Sequence record: PZ564402.1
DNA length: 59,352 bases
Reading direction: 5' to 3' (one strand)
Origin: a phage
Shown: positions 28,301 through 38,243 of the stretch, one piece after another
Position numbering within the stretch: the stretch's first letter is position 1
Layout of the letters: each line of letters begins with the position of its first letter
Notes under the pieces: model-generated
What the model was told of the DNA's origin: nothing
Database searches by the model: none
The model's input: the letters and a program-made list of their open reading frames with translations, nothing else
Program-made: the position numbers and the translations under genes

Positions 28301-29593
28301 TCGGAGGGTGATGCCCTTACCAAACGTCTTGACGCCGTTGTGGCCGCGCGCAAGAAGGCAGAAACGACCCTCTTCAACTCGCAGCAACGTACGACGGGTG
28401 GTATCAAGAAACAGGAAAACGCATTACAGGCGCTGATCAACAAGTACAACGAGTTGAATGCCGCCGTCGGTGTGAAGGAAGTTAAGATTGACCCTAATGC
28501 CACGTTTGACGACCGTCTGGCCGCTAAACTGGCCGCCGTCAATACGCAGTACGATCAGCTGATCGCCAAGTCGAAGAAACTCGGGACTGGCGGGCAGAAT
28601 CTGGCCGGGCAGTTCGAAGACCTGCGCAAACGCAATCTGGAATACGCGACCACGCAGGCCAAACTCGAAGAACTGAAACGCATTGAGGATCAGTTAAACT
28701 CGCAGCAGGAGACGAAGAAAAACCTGCTGGACGAAATCAATGCCAAACGGCAGGCCGGGGTTATCTCTGAAAACGAAGCCGTCGCGCAGACGGTAGCCTT
28801 GTATCAGAACATGAATACGGGCATCGCGTCGTCGGCCGAGCAGCTTGACGCCTTCGCGCAGAAGATTAAAGACACGATGTCGCCGGAAGAATTCAGCCGC
28901 ATCATGGCTCAGATTGCATCCGTCAAAGCCGGGCTGGTGGACGTCACAGGCACCTTCACGACGATGGACACGACTGTCGTTCAGGGCGTGCTGGACGGAA
29001 TGAGCACGGCGCTGTCATCCATCGTTGATGAAATGGCGTTGGTGGTGGCCGGGTCACAAAGCATTGGCGATGCGTTCTCGAATCTTGGCGTGGCCGTGGC
29101 ACGGTTCTTCGCGGACTTCTTGCAGAAGATCGCAATGGCAATCTTGCAGCAGATGGCGCTCAACGCGTTGGCCTCTATGGGGGGTGGCATCGGTTCGGCG
29201 GCCGTTGCATTAGGCGGCACCGTGGCGAAACATAACGGCGGCACCGTCGGCAGTAAGACAACTGGCGGCACGCAGATGAAGGGCGGGATCAGCCCGGCCA
29301 TGTTCGCGAATGCCCCGCGCTTCCATGATGGCGGACTGCCGGGCTTGCGTTCTGACGAGGTTCCGACCATTCTGCAAAAAGGCGAACAGGTGCTGTCGAA
29401 GGATGACCCGAATAACGTGCTTAACCAGTCGCGCGGCGGCGGCCAGACGGCGCAGTCGCCACAAGGTCTTCGCTTCGTGCTGGTGGATGACAGGTCGAAA
29501 GTGCCGGAAGCCATGAACACGCCGGAAGGAGAAAAGGCGGTGATGCAGATTCTTCAACGCAACGTACCGACGTTGAAAAACTTAGTGGGATAA
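25298..29593 (+). CDS. tail tape measure protein (1431 aa)
   Basis: Very long Ala/Gln-rich alpha-helical ORF after chaperone pair; AAGGA RBS. Confidence 0.9.
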   Translation: MANSKDVELRIRARDYSQKPLKAVTSAIEQMAKAQDEQRKAAERGEVSTRDLEAAYKKLESAGSQLLKLNSLIEVFKRQNQAMTEATAKTEGLRQKQADLQKTYDSTEKVTQKQERALARVTRQVEAATRAEANQAERVNRATRDLERYGIETSKVGAAQAGIVTSVAQVNRVLERQDEIISTSAAAAAQAKVIRGLQQQADQAMATARGYQTLGRVVQQATGQLGPLGTQIQTIVSPAEAARRTLSGLENQVHGVTAELARNSKEVENVAQKVRMLNEANKTVSALAQQIDLYRQQVATLRNARTEYQQARQDVIKLAQQMRTATTDTGALGIQMQAAQQRLSAAATAMRNTATAARSTQAALRAAQVDTRNLSDAEARLISTSQQSAAALNTLSTATNRNSQAARDGSKAWSLFRDEGRTTLSFLQRIRGEVLALTTTYVGFQGAINLAGGAIDAYKNRQQAMVKIANVVGNSQAAINKEWEYMVGLANTLGIDITTLSQSYTKFAVSAKAVGLSLQDSKFIFESVAKAGRVFHLSQDDMEGVFRALEQMLSKGQVYAEELRGQLGERLPAAFALFAKGMDMTTAELMKAMENGEVTGEAVINFAREQAKAIDAQLATAQKGVDAMEARARNAMNAFQLALADAGFIEAYVQMLNKITDFLNSEDGRAAAVKLGEAFGTLADAVTWCIENVDTLITALSVLAGLKVVQFIGGMISGLKNLLPLFSTLGKIGDGIITMLEGVAARMIAAQGAVGLLGIALKGLTRLIPIVGWALLAYDIGAIMYDQSQTFREAVNAIIRDFKNLGNQLAAVVESIPALLYDLAVSVLRPITTMFADTTQAIIKWIADVLKLIPGVGQGLSEWAMSIGDDLTKEQRGFLESTGRIWDDVNKQWVKLNDEMVAKNADATDKIRGQVNQLAADMAAITKGEGFQFTQDPGTGVTKRSREIAGLTKELGKMEEAAKKADVASRKAEQRKNLSGRLAIIDEEFAPQYARAKSIGGSEGDALTKRLDAVVAARKKAETTLFNSQQRTTGGIKKQENALQALINKYNELNAAVGVKEVKIDPNATFDDRLAAKLAAVNTQYDQLIAKSKKLGTGGQNLAGQFEDLRKRNLEYATTQAKLEELKRIEDQLNSQQETKKNLLDEINAKRQAGVISENEAVAQTVALYQNMNTGIASSAEQLDAFAQKIKDTMSPEEFSRIMAQIASVKAGLVDVTGTFTTMDTTVVQGVLDGMSTALSSIVDEMALVVAGSQSIGDAFSNLGVAVARFFADFLQKIAMAILQQMALNALASMGGGIGSAAVALGGTVAKHNGGTVGSKTTGGTQMKGGISPAMFANAPRFHDGGLPGLRSDEVPTILQKGEQVLSKDDPNNVLNQSRGGGQTAQSPQGLRFVLVDDRSKVPEAMNTPEGEKAVMQILQRNVPTLKNLVG

Positions 29594-29598
29594 TAACA

Positions 29599-31287
29599 AT
29601 GGCTTTGAGCGGACTGCGCCCCGCGCGCGAACAGTTTAACCAAGCAATCTACGACGCCCTTAACGGGGCGTACCAGCTTTACGTTCAGGACGTCTTCGGT
29701 CAGGCTGCGGCCAACCAGACGTACTACATGGCGAAGTGGATGAAGTTGAAGGCCGGGTCTTATACGGCGGTCATGTATGTCGATGACTCCGGCACCCTGT
29801 CTATCGATCATGCCGTCGTCGCGACTGCGGCCATCGGCACCAATCCGAACAGCGGGGAGTTTACGATCTCCGCCGACGGCGTGTACCGCTTTGACTGCAT
29901 CTACTCCAACGTCCCGGCCGACACCCCGGCGTACATGGCATTCCAGCTAATCCTTGACGGCCAGACCGTCGAGGTTAGCCGGGCCAACGACTTTATCGCG
30001 GACATCGTGCCGATCCCGGATAAGGCATTGGGGCCGAAGCCGCCATACTCCGACGACGTCCGCCTGACGTACCCGGTGTTCCTGCCGCTGCCGAACTGGA
30101 AAGACGGCGTCACCGAGCGCATCGAGTGGCAAACTGACGTCATGATTTCCGAGTCCGGCGCAGAACAGCGACGCCCGATCCGCCTGCACCCTCGCCGCTC
30201 ATTCGAAGCGACGTTCCTGCGTTGGGAAGAAAAGCGTACGCTGCTCGATACGACCATCGCGGGCGTCGGCCAGTCTCCGTTACTCCTGCCTTTGTGGCAC
30301 GACATGACAGCCACGGAAAACGATGCGCCAGCCGGGTCGGTGGACATCTTCGGCCAGTTCCGGGTGAAAGACTTCAACGTGGGTGACGTGGTCATGTTCA
30401 ACCGTGGCACGACGTGGGACTATGAGACGAACATCATCGCCGGGCTGGACATTGACGCCGGGCATATGACGCTGACGTTTGGCCTCCAGTCGGACACGCC
30501 GCGAGGCACGCGCCTGTATCCGGTTCGCGTTGCGCAGATCCGGGAGGCGATGAACGGCCAGCAGATGACCGATAGCGTGTCACAGACCCAAGTCCGGTTC
30601 TTCTGCACCGAGAACTATGACCTGACGCCATCGTGGTCAGACTTCCCTGTCTACACCCGTACCGGGCTGCACATCTTCGTCCTGCCGGAAGATTGGGGAT
30701 CGTCCAATGAAATCACGTCTGACCGCCTGACCTACAATTTCGATAACCAGTCCGGCCCGGTGGTCATTGTTGACCCGGGCGGCCAGAACTACGGCACCGT
30801 GAAGAAGTCGTACACCATTAACGGCCGCACAGCGGATCGGCAGTTCCGGCAGATCCTGTTCGCGCTCCGTGGCCGCACCAAGACTTTCCACCTGCCGCTC
30901 GATACGAATGACTTCATTCTGTCCCGCGACATCAACCCGGCCGACGGCGCGCTCGTAGTCCGGCGCTGCGGTTATACTCAGTACATCAGCGGGACGCAGG
31001 AAACGAAAAGTGACATCATGGTCGAACTGTACGACGGCACCAGAATCCCGACCACCATCATTTCGAGTCGTATCGTTGGGGATGAAGAGTGGCTATTCCT
31101 GTCACAGTCCATCCCGGCGACGTCCAGAAACGACGTCCGGCGCATCGGATATATCCCCGTAGCGCGATTAGATGTTGACGGAATCGAAATAAAACGGTTG
31201 ACTGACTCGGCGGGCGTAAGTCAAGTTTCTCTGACCTTCAAGTTTTTCGACGATCGGAGGATTGCAACGCCCTTACCATTATCATAA
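29599..31287 (+). CDS. minor tail / tail-tip protein (562 aa)
   Basis: Position between tape measure and J-like gene. Confidence 0.45.
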   Translation: MALSGLRPAREQFNQAIYDALNGAYQLYVQDVFGQAAANQTYYMAKWMKLKAGSYTAVMYVDDSGTLSIDHAVVATAAIGTNPNSGEFTISADGVYRFDCIYSNVPADTPAYMAFQLILDGQTVEVSRANDFIADIVPIPDKALGPKPPYSDDVRLTYPVFLPLPNWKDGVTERIEWQTDVMISESGAEQRRPIRLHPRRSFEATFLRWEEKRTLLDTTIAGVGQSPLLLPLWHDMTATENDAPAGSVDIFGQFRVKDFNVGDVVMFNRGTTWDYETNIIAGLDIDAGHMTLTFGLQSDTPRGTRLYPVRVAQIREAMNGQQMTDSVSQTQVRFFCTENYDLTPSWSDFPVYTRTGLHIFVLPEDWGSSNEITSDRLTYNFDNQSGPVVIVDPGGQNYGTVKKSYTINGRTADRQFRQILFALRGRTKTFHLPLDTNDFILSRDINPADGALVVRRCGYTQYISGTQETKSDIMVELYDGTRIPTTIISSRIVGDEEWLFLSQSIPATSRNDVRRIGYIPVARLDVDGIEIKRLTDSAGVSQVSLTFKFFDDRRIATPLPLS

Positions 31288-31296
31288 GAGGGCATT

Positions 31297-32115
31297 ATGT
31301 CTTACAACATTATCGAGACGTCCAACGACAACGGCAGGCCCGTATTTATGTACGAGTTTCGCCTGCTGGATAAATACTGGCGTTATACCTCCGCAGACGC
31401 TAAAGTAAGTGCGCTGGGGAGCATTTGGGAACCGATGGGAGTGTCCGACGACGGGATTAAACAAACGGGCGAGGCTAAGACGGATGCGCTAAATCTGACG
31501 CTGCCAAACTCGAATCCCGTCGTCGGCCTCTTCATCGGGACTCCCCCCGGCTCCCCCGTAACCCTGACTATCCGACGGATGCACCTTGACGATAACGACC
31601 CGGTGGTCTGTTATGTCGGCACCGTCGATAGCATCAATCAGGGCGAAAACCCTACCGTAGCAACTGTCACCTGTTCAACCCTGTCGGCCACGATGGACAG
31701 AAATGGTCTGCGCCTGTCGTGGAGCCGTGGTTGTCCGCACGCGCTGTATGACGGCCAATGCCGCGTTAACAAAGAAGCCTTCCGCGTGGATGCCACGATC
31801 CTTACCGTTGGCGCGGGTACCGTTACGGCTGCTGCATACGCCACACGGCCAGATGGGTATTTCGCAGGCGGCTTCATCGAGTGGATAGATCCGGTGTACG
31901 GCGTGGAACGTCGCGGCATCGAAACCCATACCGGGAATACCATTACCATCTTTGGTACCGTAGACGGCTTGGCCGGGGGCTACATCCTCAAGACTTACCC
32001 GGGATGCCCGCGCACCAGTACGGCCTGTGATACCATCTTCAACAATCTGGCGAACTTCGGCGGTATCCCGTCGCTGCCAGACCGTTCCCCGTTCGACGGC
32101 AACCCAATCTTTTAA
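31297..32115 (+). CDS. minor tail protein, Cys-rich (possible gpL-like Fe-S tail tip protein)
   Basis: Four Cys in two pairs (CPHALYDGQC, CPRTSTAC); synteny. Confidence 0.4.
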   Translation: MSYNIIETSNDNGRPVFMYEFRLLDKYWRYTSADAKVSALGSIWEPMGVSDDGIKQTGEAKTDALNLTLPNSNPVVGLFIGTPPGSPVTLTIRRMHLDDNDPVVCYVGTVDSINQGENPTVATVTCSTLSATMDRNGLRLSWSRGCPHALYDGQCRVNKEAFRVDATILTVGAGTVTAAAYATRPDGYFAGGFIEWIDPVYGVERRGIETHTGNTITIFGTVDGLAGGYILKTYPGCPRTSTACDTIFNNLANFGGIPSLPDRSPFDGNPIF

Positions 32116-32126
32116 GGAGAATCGCT

Positions 32127-32357
32127 ATGTGGTGGGCGTTAGCAATGCTGGTGGCCTCGGTGCTGATCAACGCGGCCCTCGCGCCGAAGCCTGCATCGGC
32201 AAAACCAGCAACAATTCAAGATTTCGACATCCCGCAGGTGAAGGAAGGCACGCCGCAGTCGGTGGTATTCGGCGAGGTGTGGACAGCCGACTGGCAGGTA
32301 TTGGGCTTCGGTAACTTCCGAACCAAAGCAGTTAAAGCGAAACAGGCGAAAAAATAA
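32127..32357 (+). CDS. small tail assembly protein with N-terminal hydrophobic segment
   Basis: WWALAMLVASVLINAALA hydrophobic helix; synteny with lambda I/K region. Confidence 0.35.
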   Translation: MWWALAMLVASVLINAALAPKPASAKPATIQDFDIPQVKEGTPQSVVFGEVWTADWQVLGFGNFRTKAVKAKQAKK

Positions 32358-32596
32358 TGAGCAGACACGACGAGCCGCAGGATCAGCCGCGCATCTTTAT
32401 GCGCCATGCCCGGAAACTCGGGTATTGCAAAAACGGGTCGGAGCGCTTGGCCGAGCGCTTCGGTATCACCTTCGAACAATTCCTACGGGAAGGCTACCCG
32501 GTAGCGGAAGCCATGAAGTCCGCAAACCCGCTGCTGCGTAAAGCCGCAGCCGTGGCCCAACAAGAATGGGACGAGGCGCACGCACATGGGAAGTAA
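32357..32596 (+). CDS. hypothetical tail-region protein (79 aa)
   Basis: ORF coupled between flanking tail genes. Confidence 0.35.
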   Translation: MSRHDEPQDQPRIFMRHARKLGYCKNGSERLAERFGITFEQFLREGYPVAEAMKSANPLLRKAAAVAQQEWDEAHAHGK

Positions 32597-35500
32597 AGCC
32601 AAGAAGATTACGGTTGGGTACAAATACTACATGGGCCTGTTTATGGGCCTTTTCCGTGGCCCGGTGAATGAGATTGTCGAGATCCGCGTGGGCGACCGCA
32701 CCGCGTGGACAGGCTCAATCACTGGCAACACAACCATCCAGATCAACCGCGAAGACTTGTTCGGCGGCACGAAGGCGGAAGGGGGCATTGATGGCCCGCT
32801 CGAAGTTTATATGGGCGCGCCGACGCAGACCGTCAGCCAGAAGTTAAAGAACATGCTCGGCGGCCGCCAGCCGGAATTCCGTGGTGTCGTTACCGCGTAT
32901 TTCGACGGCCTGATCTGCGCCATGAACCCTTACCCGAAGCAGTGGAAATTCAAGGCCCGCCGCTCTACGGCCGGGTGGACAGGAGGCGTCTGGTATCCGG
33001 AAAAATGTCTGGTCAAGATGCAGGGGTACGACGGTCAGGGCAATCAGCACGAAATCCATGCCATGAACCCTGCGCACATCCTGTATGAATGCCAGTCGAA
33101 CTACGAGTGGGGCCGTGGCCTGTCACGCACGCTTATCGACGACACGACGTTCCGCCTCGCGGCCGACACCCTGTTTAACGAGAACTTCGGCCTTTGCATC
33201 CGATGGAACCGTCAGGACACGCTCGAATCGTTCATGCAGCTTATCCTCGACCACATCGGCGGCGCGATGTACGTCAGCAAAGTGACGGGCAAACTGTCCC
33301 TGCGGTTGATCCGGAAGGACTACGACTTCGACACGCTGCCGATCTTCGACACGGATTCCGGGCTGCTGTCCATTCAGGAAGCGACCAACGCGTCTCCGGC
33401 CAATCTGGTTAACGAAGTAGTCGTGACTTACCACAACCCGATTATGGACGAAGACCAGCAGGTGCGTAGCCACAACCTCGCGCAGATCCAGAATCAGGGC
33501 TGTCTGAACAGCAACACGATTGAATACCTCGGCATCCCTACCGGGAAACTGGCGATGCAGGTGGCACAGCGTGACTTGCGCGCCGCGTCTACCAACGTCC
33601 GCCGTTTCACCGTGATCTGTGACCGCCGGGCATGGAACGTGCAGCCGGGCGACGTGCTGAAAGTGCGTGACCCGAAACAGCGCGGCCTGACCGAAGTTGT
33701 TATCCGCGTCGGTACCGTTGAAGATGGCACGCTGCCGGACGGCAAGATCAAGATTGTCGCGCTGCAAGACCAGTTCGCCTTCCAGTTAAACACGTTCAAC
33801 CAAGTCGAGCCGCCATCCGGATACGAGCCTGACCTGACTCCCGCGATTGCCCGCCGTATCGTGTACGAAATGCCGTACGTGGATCTGGTGCAGCAGCTAC
33901 CGGACGGCGAACTGAACGCCGTTGGCCCGAACGATGCGTTCATCAACTCGCAGGCCGAGAAGCCGACTGACATGTCCGCCGCGTATGACATGGGTATCAT
34001 GGCCGAAGGTGAATCGGGCTTCGACATCCGTGGCAACGGTGACTTCGGTGCGTTCGGATCGCTGGCCGCCGACATCGACTACCTGTCAACGCAAATCATC
34101 CTGTCCGAAATGACCGACATGTGGGACGACGTTCAGCCGGGCTTCGTGGCGCGCATCGCCAAGCCTGTTCTTGACGGCCAACGCACGCAGATGGAAATCG
34201 CCGAAGAGTTTGTCCGCATCGACGCCATCAATGGCAACGTGATTACCGTGGCGCGCGGTGTACTCGATACCATCCCATTCCGCCACCAGAAAAGCGAAAT
34301 GCTTTGGGTGACGACGTACGACGGCGGTACCGACTGGCAGAAATACGCGGGCAACGAGTCCATCGACATCAAGATTCTGCCGTGGACATTGGGCGGTGGC
34401 CGCTTCCCGATTGAAGATGCGCCGATTGATCATCTGGACATGGACTTCCGCCAGATCCGCCCATACCCGCCGGGCAACGTGCAGCACTATCTCGCTTCGA
34501 CGTCAACGCTGCAACGCTGGTATGTCCCGTCCGCGCTTACCTACACGGCCAACGCCGGGGAAACGCCTGACACGTACACCCTGACTTGGGCGCACCGCGA
34601 CCGTATCCTGCAAGCGGATAAGCCTGTGCCGCACACCGACGGCGACATCGGGCCAGAACCGGGTACCACGTACACCATCCGCGTCTACAATCAGGAAGGG
34701 ACGTTGGTTCGCACCGAGTCCGGTATCAACGGCACGTCGTGGAATTGGCCGTACGCAACCGCAGCGGCGGACATGAATGTCGAAGCCAGCCTGTTCGACC
34801 CGGTGCTCGCGACGCTCCGCCTGACGTCTGTCCGCAGCGGCCGCGAAAGTTGGGAATACTACGAAATGAAGGTCAGCGTTTATAAGAAGCCTCCGCAGTT
34901 CGTGTATAACGCCAGCCTGATGCAGTTCGCCGCGCAGCCGTACAACGCCGCCAGTGATCCTAACCCGCCAACGCCACCGATGGACGGCCCGTATGTTTCG
35001 TCCCTGATGCAGTTTGCCGCGCAGCCAGATGGTAGCGATGACTTCGGCCCGGCGGAAAGCATGAATGGCCCGAACGTGGCGCTACTGCCGCACCAAGTCA
35101 CGCAGACGTCGTCAATCATTACGCCGCTCGATACGCTGCTGTATGAAACGCCGTACATCCAGTTATCCCGCGACGGCCGTGACCTAAATACATCGAAAGT
35201 CAGCGCGTACGTGGCGCGTTCGTCCGACCGTACCGTCGATTCGTACACCCTGTTCACCAAGCACGAAACGGACGCGAACTACACGTCGGCCGGGACTCAG
35301 CCGTGGACACCGTGGGGCATGTCAACCGTCGGCCTCGGCTTCTTCACGGACGAAGTGACCATCGACCCAACGTCCGATAAAGACGGCGTTCCGGTAGCTC
35401 CCGCGAAGGTTGGTGATCTGCTGCTTATCGATCAGGAATTGGTGTCCATTACCGCCATCAACGGCCGCACGTATAAGATTGGTCGTGGCGTAGCAGATAC

Positions 35501-36476
35501 CATCCCGGCGCAGCACTACAGCAGCCGTCCTGTCTGGCTGATCTCCGTGGGCTTCGGCTACTCCGACATGGCATTCGGCGACAACGAAAAAGCGATGGTC
35601 ATCATCCGCCCGGATACCTACGGCACCGACATTCCGTTGAGCAAGCTGTACCCGCTCCAATTGCAGATGCAGTACCGTCCGAAACGTCCATACCCGCCGG
35701 GCCTGATGATGATTGGCGGCCAACCGTTCTTCAATACCGCGAGCGGACTGGCTGACGATTTCAACCCGTACGACAACCTGAAAGCGAAGGACGTGGTATG
35801 CACATACGCACACCGCAACCGTGTATCGCAATCCACCACGGCGCGCGACCACTTCGCCGTCGGCATCACCCCGGAACCGGGCGTGAAGTACCGCGTGCGC
35901 ATTGGTTATGCGTACTGGTCGCAGTCAGGTAGCGGCTTCTCGCTGCTGTCTCAGTTCGAAACGGAAGACGCTGGCTTCATTATGCGTGCCGCCGACCTCG
36001 AACGTTGGGGCCGTCAGGCGGGCTATGCGCAGGACGCTGGTGGCTATTCCACGTTAAACGTGACCGTCAACGCGATTCGTGATGGAATGCTGAACTGGCA
36101 GGGATATACGATGACCGTGCGCGTGCCGTCCTTCCCCCTTCCTCCGGGACAGAAACCGGGTGGTGGCGATGGGCCGTGGAACCCGCCGGGCGGTGGCAAT
36201 ACTGGCGGTACTACTCCGCCGACGGAGCCGCCGGATCGTCCAGACCCGAGCGAGCCGGGTACCACTGACCCATCCGAGCCGACGAAGCCGGACGAGCCGG
36301 AAGAACCGCAGCCGCCAGTCGATCCGGAAGACCCGGATACTGACCCGCCGGAACCGCCGGAACCGCCCGTTGACCCGACCAACGTACCGGGCTGGTCATT
36401 GAGTTGGGATCACGGTTGGGCGATGACACTGCCAGATTTCCGATATGTTCCACCAGCAGACGAGGAACCTGAATAA
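32586..36476 (+). CDS. tail tip / host specificity protein (lambda gpJ-like), 1296 aa
   Basis: N-terminus KITVGYKYYMGLF and overall size typical of gpJ family; C-terminal Pro/Glu/Asp-rich low-complexity segment. Confidence 0.8.
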   Translation: MGSKAKKITVGYKYYMGLFMGLFRGPVNEIVEIRVGDRTAWTGSITGNTTIQINREDLFGGTKAEGGIDGPLEVYMGAPTQTVSQKLKNMLGGRQPEFRGVVTAYFDGLICAMNPYPKQWKFKARRSTAGWTGGVWYPEKCLVKMQGYDGQGNQHEIHAMNPAHILYECQSNYEWGRGLSRTLIDDTTFRLAADTLFNENFGLCIRWNRQDTLESFMQLILDHIGGAMYVSKVTGKLSLRLIRKDYDFDTLPIFDTDSGLLSIQEATNASPANLVNEVVVTYHNPIMDEDQQVRSHNLAQIQNQGCLNSNTIEYLGIPTGKLAMQVAQRDLRAASTNVRRFTVICDRRAWNVQPGDVLKVRDPKQRGLTEVVIRVGTVEDGTLPDGKIKIVALQDQFAFQLNTFNQVEPPSGYEPDLTPAIARRIVYEMPYVDLVQQLPDGELNAVGPNDAFINSQAEKPTDMSAAYDMGIMAEGESGFDIRGNGDFGAFGSLAADIDYLSTQIILSEMTDMWDDVQPGFVARIAKPVLDGQRTQMEIAEEFVRIDAINGNVITVARGVLDTIPFRHQKSEMLWVTTYDGGTDWQKYAGNESIDIKILPWTLGGGRFPIEDAPIDHLDMDFRQIRPYPPGNVQHYLASTSTLQRWYVPSALTYTANAGETPDTYTLTWAHRDRILQADKPVPHTDGDIGPEPGTTYTIRVYNQEGTLVRTESGINGTSWNWPYATAAADMNVEASLFDPVLATLRLTSVRSGRESWEYYEMKVSVYKKPPQFVYNASLMQFAAQPYNAASDPNPPTPPMDGPYVSSLMQFAAQPDGSDDFGPAESMNGPNVALLPHQVTQTSSIITPLDTLLYETPYIQLSRDGRDLNTSKVSAYVARSSDRTVDSYTLFTKHETDANYTSAGTQPWTPWGMSTVGLGFFTDEVTIDPTSDKDGVPVAPAKVGDLLLIDQELVSITAINGRTYKIGRGVADTIPAQHYSSRPVWLISVGFGYSDMAFGDNEKAMVIIRPDTYGTDIPLSKLYPLQLQMQYRPKRPYPPGLMMIGGQPFFNTASGLADDFNPYDNLKAKDVVCTYAHRNRVSQSTTARDHFAVGITPEPGVKYRVRIGYAYWSQSGSGFSLLSQFETEDAGFIMRAADLERWGRQAGYAQDAGGYSTLNVTVNAIRDGMLNWQGYTMTVRVPSFPLPPGQKPGGGDGPWNPPGGGNTGGTTPPTEPPDRPDPSEPGTTDPSEPTKPDEPEEPQPPVDPEDPDTDPPEPPEPPVDPTNVPGWSLSWDHGWAMTLPDFRYVPPADEEPE

Positions 36477-37216
36477 TGCCGAAAAAGACAGCCCCGAATC
36501 AGGGGCTACCCTACGGGTGGATTCGCGGGGAAGACTATTGGGGCGGCCCGATGTCCGACTCGCAGATCTTCCTCGACACCACGCTATTCCTGACACTGGA
36601 ATCGCTGACCTTCTCCGCTCCGCCGCCGGACGTGGTGGACGGGGCCACCTACGTCGTCGCGGCTAACCCGACGGGTGCGTGGGCCGGACATGAAGGCGAT
36701 GTGGCCGTGTACGTGGAAAAGGTCTGGACGTTTTACAAGCCTCGCTACGGATGGCGCGCTCGCGTCCGTTCGTACGAGAAATTCTTGTGGTTTAACGGCA
36801 CGACGTGGCTTGACGAGGCGACCGGGGAAGACCCGGTCAACCCTGACCCCGACCCAAGCGTTAAGCCGAAATGGTACGACATCGGGGTGACGGTGTCGGA
36901 CAGCATGTACGCGAATGAACCTGTCGTGCATCTGCCGATCCTTGACCCGATGTACCTGCCTGCCAATATGGTCGGCTCACAGTTTGACATGGCCGACGGC
37001 GCAAGCCCGGCCTATTACCAATTCCGCGTGCAGCGCAACGGCCAGAACGTCGCAACGATGACCGTGGAAATCGGAAACTTCAACGCATCGTTTACCACTG
37101 CCGGGGGCAACCCGATTTCCTTCGCCGCCGGGGATCGCATGACGGTTCGCGCGCAGCAGGAAGCCGTCGCCGGGATGAAAAACTTTGGCTTCGTAATTCG
37201 CATGGGACTGGTCTAA
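36476..37216 (+). CDS. hypothetical tail protein (246 aa)
   Basis: ORF coupled to J-like stop. Confidence 0.45.
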   Translation: MPKKTAPNQGLPYGWIRGEDYWGGPMSDSQIFLDTTLFLTLESLTFSAPPPDVVDGATYVVAANPTGAWAGHEGDVAVYVEKVWTFYKPRYGWRARVRSYEKFLWFNGTTWLDEATGEDPVNPDPDPSVKPKWYDIGVTVSDSMYANEPVVHLPILDPMYLPANMVGSQFDMADGASPAYYQFRVQRNGQNVATMTVEIGNFNASFTTAGGNPISFAAGDRMTVRAQQEAVAGMKNFGFVIRMGLV

Positions 37217-37225
37217 GGGGATCAC

Positions 37226-38233
37226 ATGGCAAGTTATTTTGATGGATATGAGCAGTTCCGTTCGACGGACACGTCTAACCCGGGAACCTTTATGCGGCTC
37301 GCCGGGTACACGGTTCGAGGCGCGATTTCGGCGGGTCTTGGCCGCCTCCCGGCGAGCATCGGACTGTACACGCTGAACAGCGCCTACGAGCGCGACTGGA
37401 CGTGGGGTGGCGACACCCTCACCATCGGCTTTGCGTGCAAGCAGCAGGAGCGTGGCGCGCTATTTGGGCTAAAGGTCGGTGACGCCACTGGCCGCGATGT
37501 TCCGCATGTCGTTGTCTACACTGACCCGGTGTCGGCGCTCGTCACCATCCAGACCGGGCCAGACCAGTCGGAAGTCGGGTATGTCACGCCGATCCCGACA
37601 CGCTGGTACTACTACGAAGTCGTGATGAACCGCGCCACGAAGGTTATCGAGGTGTTCGTTAACGGGAAGTCCGACGTGGCGTTCACGCTGCCGGACGTCC
37701 TCGCGGCGTCGGCCGTTGTGCGCATGGTCTTCAACCCGTTCGACATGCTCCCGGCGTTCCCTGCCGATGCGAACTACAAGGAAGACACGAAAGTATTCGA
37801 CGACATGTATGCGCAGGACGGCGGCCGTTTAGGGGCCATCCAGATTAGCGGACGACTGCCGGACGGCGACCGTGACACCGAATGGGGTGTGGCCGGGCCT
37901 AACCCGACGGCCGCACATAACCAGATGGTCGGCCGACTGCCGCCAGACATGGCAAATCGGTTTATCTATACTGGCACGAATGACCGCCATGACTCGTTTA
38001 TCTCGTCGGCGAAGTTACCGGATAACGGGGCTATTCTGGCGCAGGGACTGATCGCATTAGTCCGGAAGGCCACGGCCGACCCGGTGTCGATTATCGCGAA
38101 CATTGACAGCCACACTGTTACCCTGTCGAATATCGGCCGTAATTGGGAATATCGTTACGCGCAATTCACCACAAGCGGTTATGATCGAGCCGCCATTGAA
38201 GCCGCCGAATTCGGTGTGCGTTCAGTAATTTAA
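37226..38233 (+). CDS. tail-associated paralog 1 (335 aa)
   Basis: Shares N-terminal F-DGY-EQ and RWYYYEVVMNRATKVIEVFVNG motif with three following genes. Confidence 0.6.
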   Translation: MASYFDGYEQFRSTDTSNPGTFMRLAGYTVRGAISAGLGRLPASIGLYTLNSAYERDWTWGGDTLTIGFACKQQERGALFGLKVGDATGRDVPHVVVYTDPVSALVTIQTGPDQSEVGYVTPIPTRWYYYEVVMNRATKVIEVFVNGKSDVAFTLPDVLAASAVVRMVFNPFDMLPAFPADANYKEDTKVFDDMYAQDGGRLGAIQISGRLPDGDRDTEWGVAGPNPTAAHNQMVGRLPPDMANRFIYTGTNDRHDSFISSAKLPDNGAILAQGLIALVRKATADPVSIIANIDSHTVTLSNIGRNWEYRYAQFTTSGYDRAAIEAAEFGVRSVI

Positions 38234-38243
38234 AGGGGTTACT

